A stretch of 64,000 nt of DNA from an uncultured Bacteroidales bacterium (GCA_963749345.1 CAVVMO010000004.1:2986588-3050587), one strand, 5' to 3'. Shown: positions 1-11,109, numbered from the stretch's first letter. Translations and numbers: made by a program. Notes: generated by a model from the letters alone, not told the origin.

Positions 1-1
1 G

Positions 2-558
2 ATATTGTTTCATAAAGACAGAGATAACAAGATTCTGAATCCCGGCAATTCTTCTTTCCGGATAAGGCCTTCACGGTTCTACCAGGAGGGAAGTTATAAA
101 GATTCGGCTATCATTGAAGGCAAATCCATCCTGATCTCATTGCTACCGCTCAGTGCGCAGACCTCACTGGTTCAAAGCGAGTTTCAGCCTAAGGATGCAA
201 TGCCGGAAGTGGTGATCAGTGAGTCGAAGGAGGTGGAACCTGAACATGCCATTGACAAGCATAAAACCAGTCCGCATGAAGCTGTCGTTGATCTTCACAT
301 CGGTGAGCTTGTACAGGATTACCGCACCCTCGATAATGTGGAGATATTAAAGATCCAGGTTAATTATTTTACCCGTTGCCTCGAAAGTGCCATAGCCAAT
401 CATCTCTCAAAAGTAACAATCATACATGGTGTTGGAACTGGTGTTTTGAAAACAGCCATCAAACAATCCTGAAAGATTATCCGAATACCGAATACCGCGA
501 TGCTTCCATGCAGCAATTTGGGTATGGCGCAATGGATGTGATCATCCATAAAAATTAA
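2..558 (+). pseudogene. Smr-domain (small MutS-related) protein, 5' end outside the window, frame break near 461-469
   Basis: ORF 5..472 ends ...VVDLHIGEL...KVTIIHGVGTGVLKTAIKQS*. The Smr domain continues in another frame (376..558) as ILKDYPNTEYRDASMQQFGYGAMDVIIHKN*. One missing base near AAACAA restores a contiguous Smr C-terminus. Confidence 0.6.
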
Positions 559-911
559 AATTTATCAAGCTAATTCGTTTGCGAAAAGCAATTCTATCTG
601 CTTATTTCGGGCCGCTCTTGACCAGGCAGGAATAATTAGATTCGATGGATAAATTTAATTCTACTTCAAATCAATCCTTACGCACAATATCCAGTCATTG
701 AATTAAGTTGTATCTTTGCATCGGTTTCAGCATTTGTTCTTTGAATCATTTTAAAGAAAAATGTTCAGGATGTAATTAACCTTAAACATTGAACTTTAAA
801 CCTGGAACCATTGACCGGGGCTGACCGGATTTGACAGCAAGGACAGTGGGACTGTAAGCATGCCGGGCATTGACGATGTGGCTCGTTAAAAACTATCTTC
901 AAACAATAATT

Positions 912-941
912 GGCGAAACTAATTACGCTCTTGCAGCTTAA
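912..941 (+). other. tmRNA tag reading frame, GETNYALAA-stop
   Basis: ggc gaa act aat tac gct ctt gca gct taa. The ...NYALAA ending is typical of Bacteroidota tags. Confidence 0.85.
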
Positions 942-1196
942 TCGAAGTAACAGTAGATCAGGCATTTCATGGCACAAGGTGCTGTGACAAGACATCCCGC
1001 AGGCGGACATGCCTGATTCCAACCTGACCGACGGGGTGCACGCAATTTTAGGCTGGTTCTGTAAGCGCCTTGATTACAGAATAAGATAAAAAGGATAAGA
1101 TGTTGTCTTGGGTGTCTTTTCCCGAGCAATATTCGAAAAACCAATAACTGGATAAGCATGTAGAAAGCACTTTTGCTGCTTGTTTGGACGAGGGTT

Positions 1197-1474
1197 CGAC
1201 GTCGGACCCATCCCGCAGGGATACGGGATTAAAAATCGGATGAATTGCTGGAACTCTTAACATGTAACGATGAAGACAATCAGCAGCCAAGCCTCAGACG
1301 CTTCTGAGGAAGGTTCAGAGACTACAGGGTGACATAGGAAGTCGTAATACCTGCATAGCGTCCGACACCTCGAACAGGTGATGATATAGTCCGATCCTTA
1401 AGGAAACTTAAGAAGAAAATCTTTATGAAGAGTTCAGATTAAAACTCGAGAAAGATTTTTTAATTAAAGGGATG
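1197..1474 (+). ncRNA. Group I intron (ORF-less, 278 nt) inserted in the tmRNA T-loop
   Basis: Classical conserved elements are present: P AATTGCTGGAA (1243-1253), Q AATCAGCAGCC (1278-1288), R GTTCAGAGACTACA (1313-1326), S ATGATATAGTCC (1381-1392). In P1, exon GGGTT (1192-1196) pairs with GACCC (1205-1209) with a U.G pair at the splice site. The intron ends in G1474. GTCG (1201-1204) can pair with 3'-exon CGAC (P10). Confidence 0.88.
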
Positions 1475-1508
1475 CGACTCCCTCCAGCTCCACGAATGAT
1501 ATTTGAAA

Positions 1509-1535
1509 GGCCAACCGAAAGGTTGGTTTTTTTTT
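1509..1535 (+). terminator. Rho-independent terminator after ssrA
   Basis: Stem CCAACC / GGTTGG with loop GAAA, followed by a T9 run (1527-1535). Confidence 0.75.
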
Positions 1536-1936
1536 ATACCGGTTGTAAAAATGGGAGGAGAAGCTTATTTCATTAAGCCGGAAATCTCTTCAATCAATTT
1601 GTGCCCGAACGTTACCTATAATACTGCAATAGTTTTTTTAATCATTATGCTAAACGTATGGTTTTTAAAAAAAAATTATTTATTGACCCGTGCTAATGGG
1701 CGGTGAACAGCCATTCCTTTGGAAAAGGGCAATCAATGGATACCGATTTCTCTTTTGTTACAAAAAAAGGTAAAGGTCAGGAAGTCAGGGTGGTTAAGGG
1801 GTAAAGGTTACGGAGTGCCCCCATCTTACCATGACCATAGCCAAAACCGGCATCTTTACCCTTACCATTTGTACGAAAATCAATAATTAACAGGTTATTT
1901 CTTCTGGACCTATTGATAATTTAATAGATGGACAAA

Positions 1937-4247
1937 CTATAGTACCACAATCTTTTTTGAAATGATTTGTGAACCAATGTTCACCTTTAACAGATAGATA
2001 CCTTTTGACAAATCTGCAATACTAAATGATTCGCTGAAGGTTCCATTTGTTTCAGTTCTGTTGAGTAATGATTTAATCATCTGCCCTTCCAGGTTGTAAA
2101 GTGCAATCGTCAGGTTTTGTGATGATCCAAGTTCAACCGAAACCGAAATCTTATCTTTTGCCGGGTTTGGCTGAACCTGCAGATCAAAATTATGGGCCAA
2201 TAAATTATCTTCAGTTCCTGATAACAGGTCGAATTTATAGATATCGAAACCTGCAGGACCATCGGAAACAAAGACATGTCCGGCGTCATAGGTTACATTC
2301 ACTGCAAAGCAGCCGCTTCGCTTGAAGAATCCTTCAACAAAAGGCATCAGAGAATTGGCAATGTTGATGACCTGCACGCCCTCATTGATATAATTCGCAA
2401 CAAAAGCATAATTCCCGAAGATATCAATTGCCCATGCTGCATCACCTAATTGAAGGTAGCTTTCTTCAGCCGGATTGGCTGGATCGATTACATTGATCAC
2501 ACCAAATCCACCTTCGATGTCGGCAAGGTACGCATACCCACCGGAAGCGTTTATGTCATAAGCTTTGCCGGTATAATTTGGTAATCGTGAAATAAATACC
2601 GGATTTACAGGATCGGTGATGTCAAAAATATAAACTCCTTTGGTATCTTCTGTTTCGGAAGACCCCCAATCTGCCAGGTAAAGGTAATTTCCCTCAATAT
2701 CCAGTGCCTGTACATAGCACCATTCAACTCCCGGAATACCGCCATTCACCCAGCCCATTTCGTGAGCCACTAAAACCGGGCTTTCTGGATTCGAGAAATC
2801 AACTACCCGGAAACCATCCCACCAGCAGGCAACAAATGCGTAATTGCCCTTCAGACTGATATCGTATGTCATGACAGGAGCCATGTAATGTGCAATATAT
2901 TCAGGGTTGGCAGGATCGGAAATGTCCATGATATTTACCTTGTTGTTGGCAGTCATACTTTTTCGGGCAGAATACCGCAATATCGCCGGATACTTTGACC
3001 AAATCTCCCGATGTTTGATGATAGCCCACTTGAACAGGATGATTTTTATCGCTGATATCATACACTCTGAATCCATTGCTGCCGGAATAGGCATAGTTAC
3101 CCGAAACAGCAACATCCCAGGTAGAAGAGGGCAAAGGATATGCACTTGCAACAATGGGCGCCGAAGGTTGTGTGACATCCAGAAAGAGACAACCCTCTGT
3201 ACCACCGGTAGCAAAAACGGTATTATTTTTCCCGGCAATGTAAGTCTGGAAACCGCTATAATCAGCAATATGTTGTGGTAAGCCCGGATTGCTTACATCA
3301 ATAACATTGACACCTCCACCCGGATTGGTGGTCGAATTGGCAATGTAGGCATAATTATTAAAAACGGTCAGGTTCCATGGAGTGCCGCTTTGCGCTATCT
3401 GCCCGGTTAGGGTAGGAGGGAGGGATGTGAAATCATAAATTTTCATACCAAAGGCATAATTTACGATGTAGGCCAGGCTGCCGGTCACGTGCACACTCGA
3501 TGAAGCTGTGGAAATGGTAAATGCATTGGTCAGCAAGGGCGAGGCTGAAAGATCGATGGCTTTGGTGCCGGCATTAGCACCAGCCACAAAAAGCGTATCG
3601 TCTCTCTTAAATGAATTCCAGACCAGCTGTGTTCCTGAAAAGTTATAGGTACCGACTTTGGCCGGATTTTGAGGATCAGAAACATTGAAGACATCTATTC
3701 CATCAACTACATTGGAAAGGTAAGCAAATTCAGGTGTTCCGGAAGCGCTATTGCGGAAATGTACACCTCCTCTGGGTAAGCCTGTGGCAGGCGCGCGCCC
3801 TAACCGCTGCGGGTTATAAATATCCGAAAGGTCCCAGACCTCAATCCCTGAAAAATAAGCGGCAAGGTAAAGCAAATGATTTACAGGGTCGTAGCTGATG
3901 CCATCCACAAGGGCTCTGGCAGAAATCTCCGAAAGCTTAACCGGATTGTAAGGATCGGTCGCATCAAAAATGATGACCCCTGCACCGGAACCTGCAAAAA
4001 CCGTATCTCCTGTCGGGCTGCACGAAACAGAAAAACTCTGCCCGAAACCCCAGTTGCCGGTAAAGGACATGTTCAGCGAATCGTAGTCGCTGATTTTCAA
4101 ATTTGAATTGTTAATTTCAATTGATTTTGAAATCTGATTTAAGCTACCTGATCGGGTAATGCTTTGTTTCACTAATTCATATTGACTTTGAGAAATTACG
4201 TTCAAAGCAATCATGAAAACCAGCAGGGATGTAAAGATCGTTTTCAT
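1937..4247 (-). pseudogene. LVIVD-repeat beta-propeller protein with T9SS C-terminal sorting domain; frame break around 2945-2985
   Basis: Signal peptide MKTIFTSLLVFMIALNVISQ. Repeated GNYAY(V/I)A...G(V/L)x(V/I)xD(V/I)S(N/D)P motifs. CTD ...GIYLLKVNIGSQIISKKIVVL. ORFs 2901..4247 and 1937..3268 are two frames of one gene; an A5/T5 run at 2959-2963 lies in the switch zone. Confidence 0.7.
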
Positions 4248-4360
4248 AAAAATGATGTTTTTTTTCGAGCCTAAAGATAAAAAGGATTACAACATATTGC
4301 AGCTTTGTGTAATTTTTTTTCTTGGTATTCATAATGGAAATAAATATTTAATACATCTAC

Positions 4361-4391
4361 TTGACTTCGATGTTTTTTTGTATTATCTTTA
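4361..4391 (+). promoter_or_regulatory. Bacteroidota-type promoter (TTG-N20-TATCTTTA)
   Basis: cTTGa at 4361-4363 and TATCTTTA at 4384-4391, 37 nt upstream of the ATG at 4428. A ~70-bp block (4355-4424) recurs at 13385-13454. Confidence 0.45.
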
Positions 4392-4427
4392 GCGCCTAAA
4401 TTTCAATACCAACAAAACACAATTGTC

Positions 4428-6362
4428 ATGAAAAAGATGATTTTTACCCTAGTAGCAGCAGCTATCAGCTATAATATTGTTTTTTCCCAGCCCTGCCTGC
4501 CTGAAGGCATCACATTTACAACGCAGGAACAGATTGATAATTTCCAAACCAATTATCCGGGGTGCACTGAAATAGAGGGTGATGTTATTATTGGAGGAAA
4601 CAACATCTCCAACCTCGATGGGTTAAGTTTAGTAAATGCGGTGGGTGGTTTTTTATGACTGTGCGACAATGCAGTCCTGACAAACGTAGCCGGATTGCAA
4701 ACGATAACTTCCATTGGAGGAAACCTATGGATTTATGAAAACGATGCACTGGTCAATATAGCCGGTCTGGGAAATATTTCCCCGGCCTCAATCAATAATC
4801 TATACATCTACAACAACCCGCTTCTTTCCAATTGTGAGATTGCCAGCATATGCGAATACCTGTTAAGCCCTAACGGGGCAGTAAATATTTACAATAATGC
4901 TAGTGGCTGCAATAGCCAGGCAGAGGTAGAAGAAGCATGTGAAACGTTACCCTGCCTGCCCGAAGGCATTACATTTAATAGTCAAGAACAGATCGATAAT
5001 TTCCAAACCAATTACCCGGGATGTACAGTTATTGAAGGAGATGTTAATATTAAGGGTGAGGATATAACTAATCTTAATGGATTGATTATATTAAATTCAA
5101 TTGAGGGAAATCTTCATATTGGAGGATTTTGGAGTTTAAGCAATAATTCTTTAACAAATCTTCAAGGATTAAACAATTTGACAACTATAGGCGGATCACT
5201 TGAAATTAATTATAATATTGCCTTGGTAACCACTGCAGGACTTGATAATCTTTTATCAGTCGGATCGGATTTGAGTATCCTTTCAAACAATAATCTTGCA
5301 AATCTAATTGGACTTAATGAATTATCATTGGTTGGAGGTGACATATCCATCCGTTATAACGGAGTACTTTCCAGCCTGGAAGGATTAGATAACATTAATT
5401 CAGCTTCAATTAGCAATTTGGCTATCTACGAGAACAACCAATTATCAGAATGTGCGATTGAGAATATTTGCAATTATTTGATTGATCCAAATGGAACTGT
5501 AATAATTTACAATAATTCATATGGTTGTCAAAGCCCTCAGGAAATTGCAGGTAATTGCGGAATAACATTACCATGTTTACCTTACGGTAATTATTATTTC
5601 TATTCTCAGGAAGATGTAAATAATTTTCAAATTAATTACCCAAATTGTAATGATTTAGAAGGAGATGTCACTATTCATGGCTATTATATATATGATCTCA
5701 TGGGTCTAAATTATATAACTTCAATTGGTGGAAGTCTCTATATTCAAGGTGGGCATATTAATAACCTTATGGGTCTAAGTAACCTAAGTTCAATTGGCGC
5801 AAACCTTACAATACGGGGTAATCCGTGTTTAATAAGTTTTACCGGACTCAGCTCTCTATCAGAAATAGGTGGATTTTTAAGGATTGACTTAAATCAAAAC
5901 TCATTATTGACAAGCCTTTCTGGATTAGATAATATAACAGCAGCATCCATTTCGGATTTGATAATTGTAGGCAATTATTCTGTATCCGAATGCGATATTC
6001 AAAATATCTGTGCCTATTTGATAAATCCAAACGGTAATGTTGAAATCCATGACAACGCCCCCGGCTGCAACAGCACGGAAGAGGTTGAGTTGCATTGCCT
6101 GACACAGGTAGAAGAAATTAAAACCGGAAATGGAATTACAATTGTACCTAATCCCTCAAACGACAAAATCACCATTTCATCATTTGCATTAACAGTACCC
6201 ATCCAGCTTTCAATCTTCAATGTCAGCGGGGAAAGAGTATTTGAAGGGCAGCTAACTGATATCGAAACCCAAATCGACATCAGTAACCTGCCACAGGGAG
6301 TTTATTTTGTGAGGGTGCAGGATGAAAAGATGGTGGAGGTGGAAAAGATAATTAAACAATAA
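4428..6362 (+). pseudogene. Secreted receptor-L/LRR-like repeat protein with T9SS CTD; in-frame TGA at 4656-4658
   Basis: ORFs 4428..4658 and 4695..6362 are in the same frame, separated by one TGA. Signal peptide, three CLPEGITF..QEQIDNFQ..YPGC modules, (I/L)GGxLxIxxNxxL repeats, CTD LSIFNVSGERVFEGQL...GVYFVRVQDEKMVEVEKIIKQ. Confidence 0.7.
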
Positions 6363-6365
6363 ATA

Positions 6366-6429
6366 GTTCAGAGTTCAGGGTTTTGGGTTCAGGGTCGATA
6401 CTCAGAACTCAGAACAACGAACTCAGAAC
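6366..6429. repeat. Intergenic word-repeat hairpin (GTTCAGGGT / ACTCAGAAC family), copy 1
   Basis: gttcagagttcagggttttgggttcagggt cgat actcagaactcagaacaacgaactcagaac. The arms are imperfectly complementary. A near-identical copy lies at 8509-8572. Confidence 0.7.
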
Positions 6430-6450
6430 TAAATAAAAAAGAAGGTTAAC

Positions 6451-8505
6451 ATGAAAAACATTACATTTTTAATCATCGTTCTGCTGTTTATCAGTTTTAC
6501 AGCTTTTTCTCAATCGCCCTGCCTGCCCGAAGGCATTACCTTTAATACTCAAGAACAGATCGATAATTTCCAATTAAATTTCCCGGGGTGTACGGAGATT
6601 GAGGGGGATGTTTTGATTTTTGGGGGGTGGAGTATTACAAACCTGGCTGGGTTAAATATGATAACTTCAATTGGGGGTGATCTTGATTTTGAAGAAAGCC
6701 ATGTACTGACCAGCCTTACAGGGCTGGAGAATCTTACTTCGATTAATGGGCGTCTTTGGATTTATCAGACAGATGCCTTGAGCCTGACAGGAATTGAAAG
6801 CTTAACTTCCATTGGTGGTGATCTTTGGTTTACCGAAAACGAATCCCTGGCTAATTTATCTGGGCTTGATAATCTGAACTCTGTTGGTGGTGATATTTTG
6901 ATTTCAGGTAACCCTGCCCTGACCAGCCTGACGGGGCTGGAAAGTTTAGTTACAATAAACGGTAATCTAAGAATTGGTGAACTTGATTATGGTGGCAATC
7001 CTTCACTTGTTAGTATAGCGGCGCTGAATAATCTGACTTACATTGGCGGTATGCTTAGGATTGCTGATAACGATGCGCTGACAAGTTTGACGGGACTGGA
7101 AAATGTATCTGCTCTCGGCGGTGAACTTGGGATTTGCTATAACTTCTCCCTGACGAATTTATGTGGACTTGATAATTTGACTTCCATAGGTGGTGAGCTG
7201 TATATTATATACAACTACCTGACTAATTTAACAGGACTCGAGAATCTGACTTCTATCGTCGGTGGTATTCATATTTGGAATAACTATGCACTTACAAGTT
7301 TAGCGGGTCTTGAGAATCTGACTTATTTTAGTACTCTTTCTATATACAACAACTTTTCCTTATCTGCTTGCGAAGCGCCGTGGCTATGTTATTATCTGTC
7401 GAATCCGAACGGTTATGTTTATATTTATGGCAATGCCGATGGTTGTAGTGGTGTTGTCGAATTAGCCGTTGCTTGCGGTGGTGGTATGCCTTGCCTGCCT
7501 TACGGACATTATTATTTTGAAAGCCAGGAAGATATTGACAATTTTCAATCGGCTTTTCCAAATTGTCAAACATTGGAAGGTAATGTTAGCATTAGCGGAA
7601 GCGATATTAACAGTCTGAATGGACTAAACATAGTAACTTCAATCAGTGGTCTCCTTGATATAAATAATAACACTACCCTCACAAGTATTACAGGAATAAA
7701 TGGCCTGACTTCAACAGGAGGTCTTTCAATAGATGGTAACAATGTTCTGACTAACCTAATGGGCCTGAATAATATAACCTCTATTGATTGGCAACTAAAT
7801 ATTACTGGAAATTCCGTACTGACCAGTTTGACTGGTTTGGAGAATCTGACCTTCATCGGGGATGATTTTTCCTTATATGACAATAACGCCCTAACCAGCC
7901 TTACAGGGTTGGAAAGTTTGACCACAGTAAATGGAAGTCTGAATATTGGCACACAGTCCTATGGCGGTAATCCTTCACTGGTCAATTTGACGTCGCTGAA
8001 TAATCTGACTTCCATAGGGGGAGACCTGCGGATCGGATATAACGATGCCCTGATCAGTTTGACAGGGATTGACAACATAGAACCTAATTCAATCAATTAT
8101 TTGTCAATCTTTGGTAACGATGTTTTATCAACTTGTGATGTACAAAGTATATGCGATTACCTTACCCTTCCGGGTGCTATGGTTAACATCAGCAATAATG
8201 CCCCCGGCTGTAATAGCCAGGAGGAGATAGAAGAACATTGCCTTACTGAGGTTGAAGAAACGACAGCCCGATCAGGAATAACACTAATTCCCAATCCTTC
8301 AAAAGACATAATCACCATTTCATCACCTGCAATAAATGGAAATACATTTCTTTCTATATTTAATGTTAACGGAGAGAAAGTTATAGAAAGGCAGTTACAG
8401 GAACCCGAAACCCGAATCGACATCAGCGCTCTGCCGCGGGGAGTGTATTTTGTGAGGGTGCGGGATGAGGAGATGATAGAGATGGAAAAGATAATTAAAC
8501 AATAA
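6451..8505 (+). CDS. Secreted receptor-L/LRR-like repeat protein with T9SS CTD (paralog of 4428..6362)
   Basis: 684-aa intact ORF with a signal peptide, CLPEGITFNTQEQIDNFQLNFPGC and CLPYGHYYFESQEDIDNFQ modules, LTSLTGLENLTSIGG repeats, and CTD LSIFNVNGEKVIERQL...GVYFVRVRDEEMIEMEKIIKQ. Confidence 0.85.
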   Translation: MKNITFLIIVLLFISFTAFSQSPCLPEGITFNTQEQIDNFQLNFPGCTEIEGDVLIFGGWSITNLAGLNMITSIGGDLDFEESHVLTSLTGLENLTSINGRLWIYQTDALSLTGIESLTSIGGDLWFTENESLANLSGLDNLNSVGGDILISGNPALTSLTGLESLVTINGNLRIGELDYGGNPSLVSIAALNNLTYIGGMLRIADNDALTSLTGLENVSALGGELGICYNFSLTNLCGLDNLTSIGGELYIIYNYLTNLTGLENLTSIVGGIHIWNNYALTSLAGLENLTYFSTLSIYNNFSLSACEAPWLCYYLSNPNGYVYIYGNADGCSGVVELAVACGGGMPCLPYGHYYFESQEDIDNFQSAFPNCQTLEGNVSISGSDINSLNGLNIVTSISGLLDINNNTTLTSITGINGLTSTGGLSIDGNNVLTNLMGLNNITSIDWQLNITGNSVLTSLTGLENLTFIGDDFSLYDNNALTSLTGLESLTTVNGSLNIGTQSYGGNPSLVNLTSLNNLTSIGGDLRIGYNDALISLTGIDNIEPNSINYLSIFGNDVLSTCDVQSICDYLTLPGAMVNISNNAPGCNSQEEIEEHCLTEVEETTARSGITLIPNPSKDIITISSPAINGNTFLSIFNVNGEKVIERQLQEPETRIDISALPRGVYFVRVRDEEMIEMEKIIKQ

Positions 8506-8508
8506 ATG

Positions 8509-8572
8509 GTTCAGAGTACAGGGTTTTGGGTTCAGGGTTGAAACTCAGAACTCAGAACACCGAACTCAGAAC
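8509..8572. repeat. Intergenic word-repeat hairpin (GTTCAGGGT / ACTCAGAAC family), copy 2
   Basis: Same architecture and position (directly after a T9SS cargo stop codon) as 6366-6429. Confidence 0.7.
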
Positions 8573-8593
8573 AAAATAAAAAGGGTGGTTAAA

Positions 8594-11109
8594 ATGAAAA
8601 AATTATTACTTATTACCTGCGGTTTAGCGATAGCGGCAGTAGTGGAAGCACAGATTATCCATGTGCCGGGCGATTATCCCACGATCCAGCAAGGGATTGA
8701 TGCTGCAAACACCGGCGATACCGTTTTGGTCGACCCGGGAACCTATCTGGAAAATATTTACCTCAATAAGAATATTACTCTTTCCTCACTTTACCTGACC
8801 ACTCTGGATACTTCCTTTATATCTCAAACCATCATTGATGGGTGTCATATTAGCCATGTAATAAATATAGTATTTCCTGTTGATACAAATTGCTTTATTA
8901 CAGGTTTTACGATCACAAATGGATATACTGAATATTTGGGTGCCGGAATTATCTGTTCGGGGGCATCCCCTGTACTAAGTTACCTGGTCATTAAGAATAA
9001 TCACGCAGAATATGGGTATATGAGTTATGATGGCGATGGTGGTGGTATTGGATGCGGTATTTATAGTATTACTCCAGGGGGATATACATATTCCTTTCCA
9101 AGGATAAGACATGTCGAAATTTCGGGTAATACTTCTGATGGAGCTGGTGGCGGATTGTACGCCGGTGGAGGTCATACCTATATGGAAGATGTAACATTCC
9201 ATGACAATAGCGGTGGCTGGAACGGAGGTGCAATATATATAGCCATAGGAGATGTTGGCGGTCTTAGCATGAAAAATATTAAAGTGTTTAATAATATTTC
9301 TTATGGAAGCATCATTCACTTGCTTTTTTTGGGATGAAACTTGCAATATCAATTGAGAATGTGACCGTTAATGATAATTCTGGAAATGCTTTTATTATGG
9401 ATACTTATGATGAACCAGGTAGTTTAAATTTGAACCATGTTATTCTTGAAAACAATGCCGGATTCGGATTGCAGTCAAATGGGGTAAACCTGAATTTAAG
9501 CGATGTGAGCATTCATAATAATGCAGGAGGTCTTATCAACGATGACGGAGAGATTGTTTTTGATACCCTTGAGCGATGCAGCATTTATAATAATTTTATT
9601 GGTTACAATAAGGAAATTGCAAGCAATGTTCCGATAGAGGTAGTGCTCGATACCTTTACGGTTCTCAATCCTACTTCATTTCATGTTGATACGCTGCCGA
9701 ACTTTTCATTCGACATTTTGCACGGATTATACGGGCAGATAAACGCTGACGTTTATGTTTCGCCTTCGGGTGATGATTTTAATAGCGGAATCACTCCTAA
9801 TGAACCGTTAAAAAGGATTGTTTGCGCTCAGGCAAGATTGCTCAGCCCCCATACAATTTATCTTGCCGGTGGCAACTACAGTTCATTATTGACAGGTGAA
9901 AATTTTCCCGTCATGTTATTGGATAGCCTCAACCTGATCGGTGTGTCTTCATCTGATGTGGTGATGGACGGTTCAGGGAATACTCTTTTGAAAATCAAAA
10001 ATAACAGCTATAATAACGTGTCAGGATTAACATTAACGGGCGGGGAACGTGGCATCTGGATAGAGAATTCAAATCCTTCGATTGAAGATGTTCATATAAC
10101 AAATAATTCCAATCAGTATAAAGGTGGAGGAATATATTCAACTGGTTCTAATCCAATTCTAAAGGACATTTTTCTTGAAGGAAATTCAGCGACTAATGGA
10201 GGCGGACTTTACTTTACCGAATCATTACCAACGCTGCGTAACCTCACAATAAAAGAAAATTCGGCAGATTGCGGTGGAGGAATATACTTTTTCGGATCCG
10301 ATCCATTCATTATGAACCTAAATATAATTCAGAATACGGCGTATAAGGGCGGGGGTATCTTTTTTAATAATTCTGATCCGTTTATCTGTAATTCAATCCT
10401 GGCTGATAATATTGCTACCAATTGGGGAGGAGGTATTTGCGGAGGAGGCGGATCATATATTCGGTTATCAAATTCAATTTTATGGAATAACGATGTTAAT
10501 CAAATTGCCCTCGTTGGAATTTATGGTGGTATAAATACTATAGAAATATCTTATTCAGATATCGAAGGTGGTGAAGAAGGGATTTATATATCAGGCACAG
10601 GGGCGGTAAACTGGCTGGAAGGCAATATGGTTGAAAATCCTCTCTTTGCAGTAAGCGGAGAACATCCATATGCCTTATCAGATGGATCACCATGCATCGA
10701 TGCTGGTATACCAGATACCACAGGCCTGAACCTTCCTTGCGAGGATATCATAGGTAATAAGCGTATCTGGGATGGAGACGGGAATGGAATCGCGGTTGTG
10801 GATATGGGAGCTTATGAGTTTGGATCGATACCGGTGGGAGTGAAAGAACCTCAAATATCAGTTCAGAGCCCGGAGTTTGAAGTTCGATGTTATCCAAATC
10901 CAACTCATAATAAAATAACCATTGAGTTATCTGCAATAACCAGTATTACCCAACTTTCAATATTCAATGTTAACGGCAAGAAAGTATTGGAAAGGCAGCT
11001 AACAGATAACGAAACCCAACTCGACATCAGCGCACTGCCACGGGGAGTGTATTTTGTGAGGGTGCAGGATGAGAAGAAAGTAGAAGTTGTAAAAATGATA
11101 AAACAATAA
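8594..11109 (+). pseudogene. Right-handed beta-helix (pectate-lyase-fold-like) repeat protein with T9SS CTD; frame break at a T7 tract
   Basis: ORFs 8585..9337 and 9334..11109 are joined if T7 (9324-9330) is read as T8: ...SIIHLLFFGMKLAISIENV. GGGIY/GGGLY repeats. CTD LSIFNVNGKKVLERQL...GVYFVRVQDEKKVEVVKMIKQ. The likely start is ATG 8594 (MKKLLLITCGLAIAA). Confidence 0.75.

Larger units (their letters stand above)
817..1492 (+). ncRNA. ssrA: tmRNA (ssrA) interrupted by a group I intron; exons 817..1196 and 1475..1492 (about 398 nt spliced)
   Basis: 5' GGGGCTGACCGGATTTGACAGC pairs with 3' CAGCTCC-A, giving the G3:U70 alanine identity pair. An internal tag ORF and the block GGATAAGCATGTAGAAAGC...GTTTGGACGAGGGTT are present. 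Joined exons give the T arm GAGGG-TTCGACT-CCCTC. CCA is not encoded. Confidence 0.92.

Noticed and set aside
711-718. TATCTTTG box about 100 nt upstream of ssrA as its promoter
   Set aside because: It is a good -7 match, but there is no TTTG/TTG at the expected -33 distance, and the 99-nt leader is unverified. It is too weak to list as a feature.
765-1290. Three overlapping minus-strand ORFs (765..1022, 938..1159, 1048..1290) and the plus-strand ORF 1503..1706
   Set aside because: They lie antisense to, or on top of, the tmRNA, its intron and its terminator. They have no coding signatures and are explained entirely by the RNA gene.
817-1492. Two-piece or circularly permuted tmRNA as the explanation for the 278-nt interruption
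   Set aside because: Domain order is the standard one-piece order: acceptor 5' strand, tag, pseudoknot region, T arm, acceptor 3' strand. The insert itself carries the group I P/Q/R/S elements and a P1 helix with a U.G pair at the junction.
4656-4658. TGA recoded as a sense codon or selenocysteine
   Set aside because: TGA clearly terminates well-supported genes (30796, 32268, 36785). I see no convincing SECIS-like hairpin just downstream. The aligned position in sister repeats is not Cys.
7566-7952. Long antisense or alternative-frame ORFs inside large genes (for example 7566..7952-, 15004..15342-, 19289..19723+, 29095..29628-, 43326..44003-, 53759..54301-, 57303..57707+)
   Set aside because: Each is fully nested in a gene with strong family motifs on the other strand or frame. 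Low-complexity or repeat-driven openness explains them.
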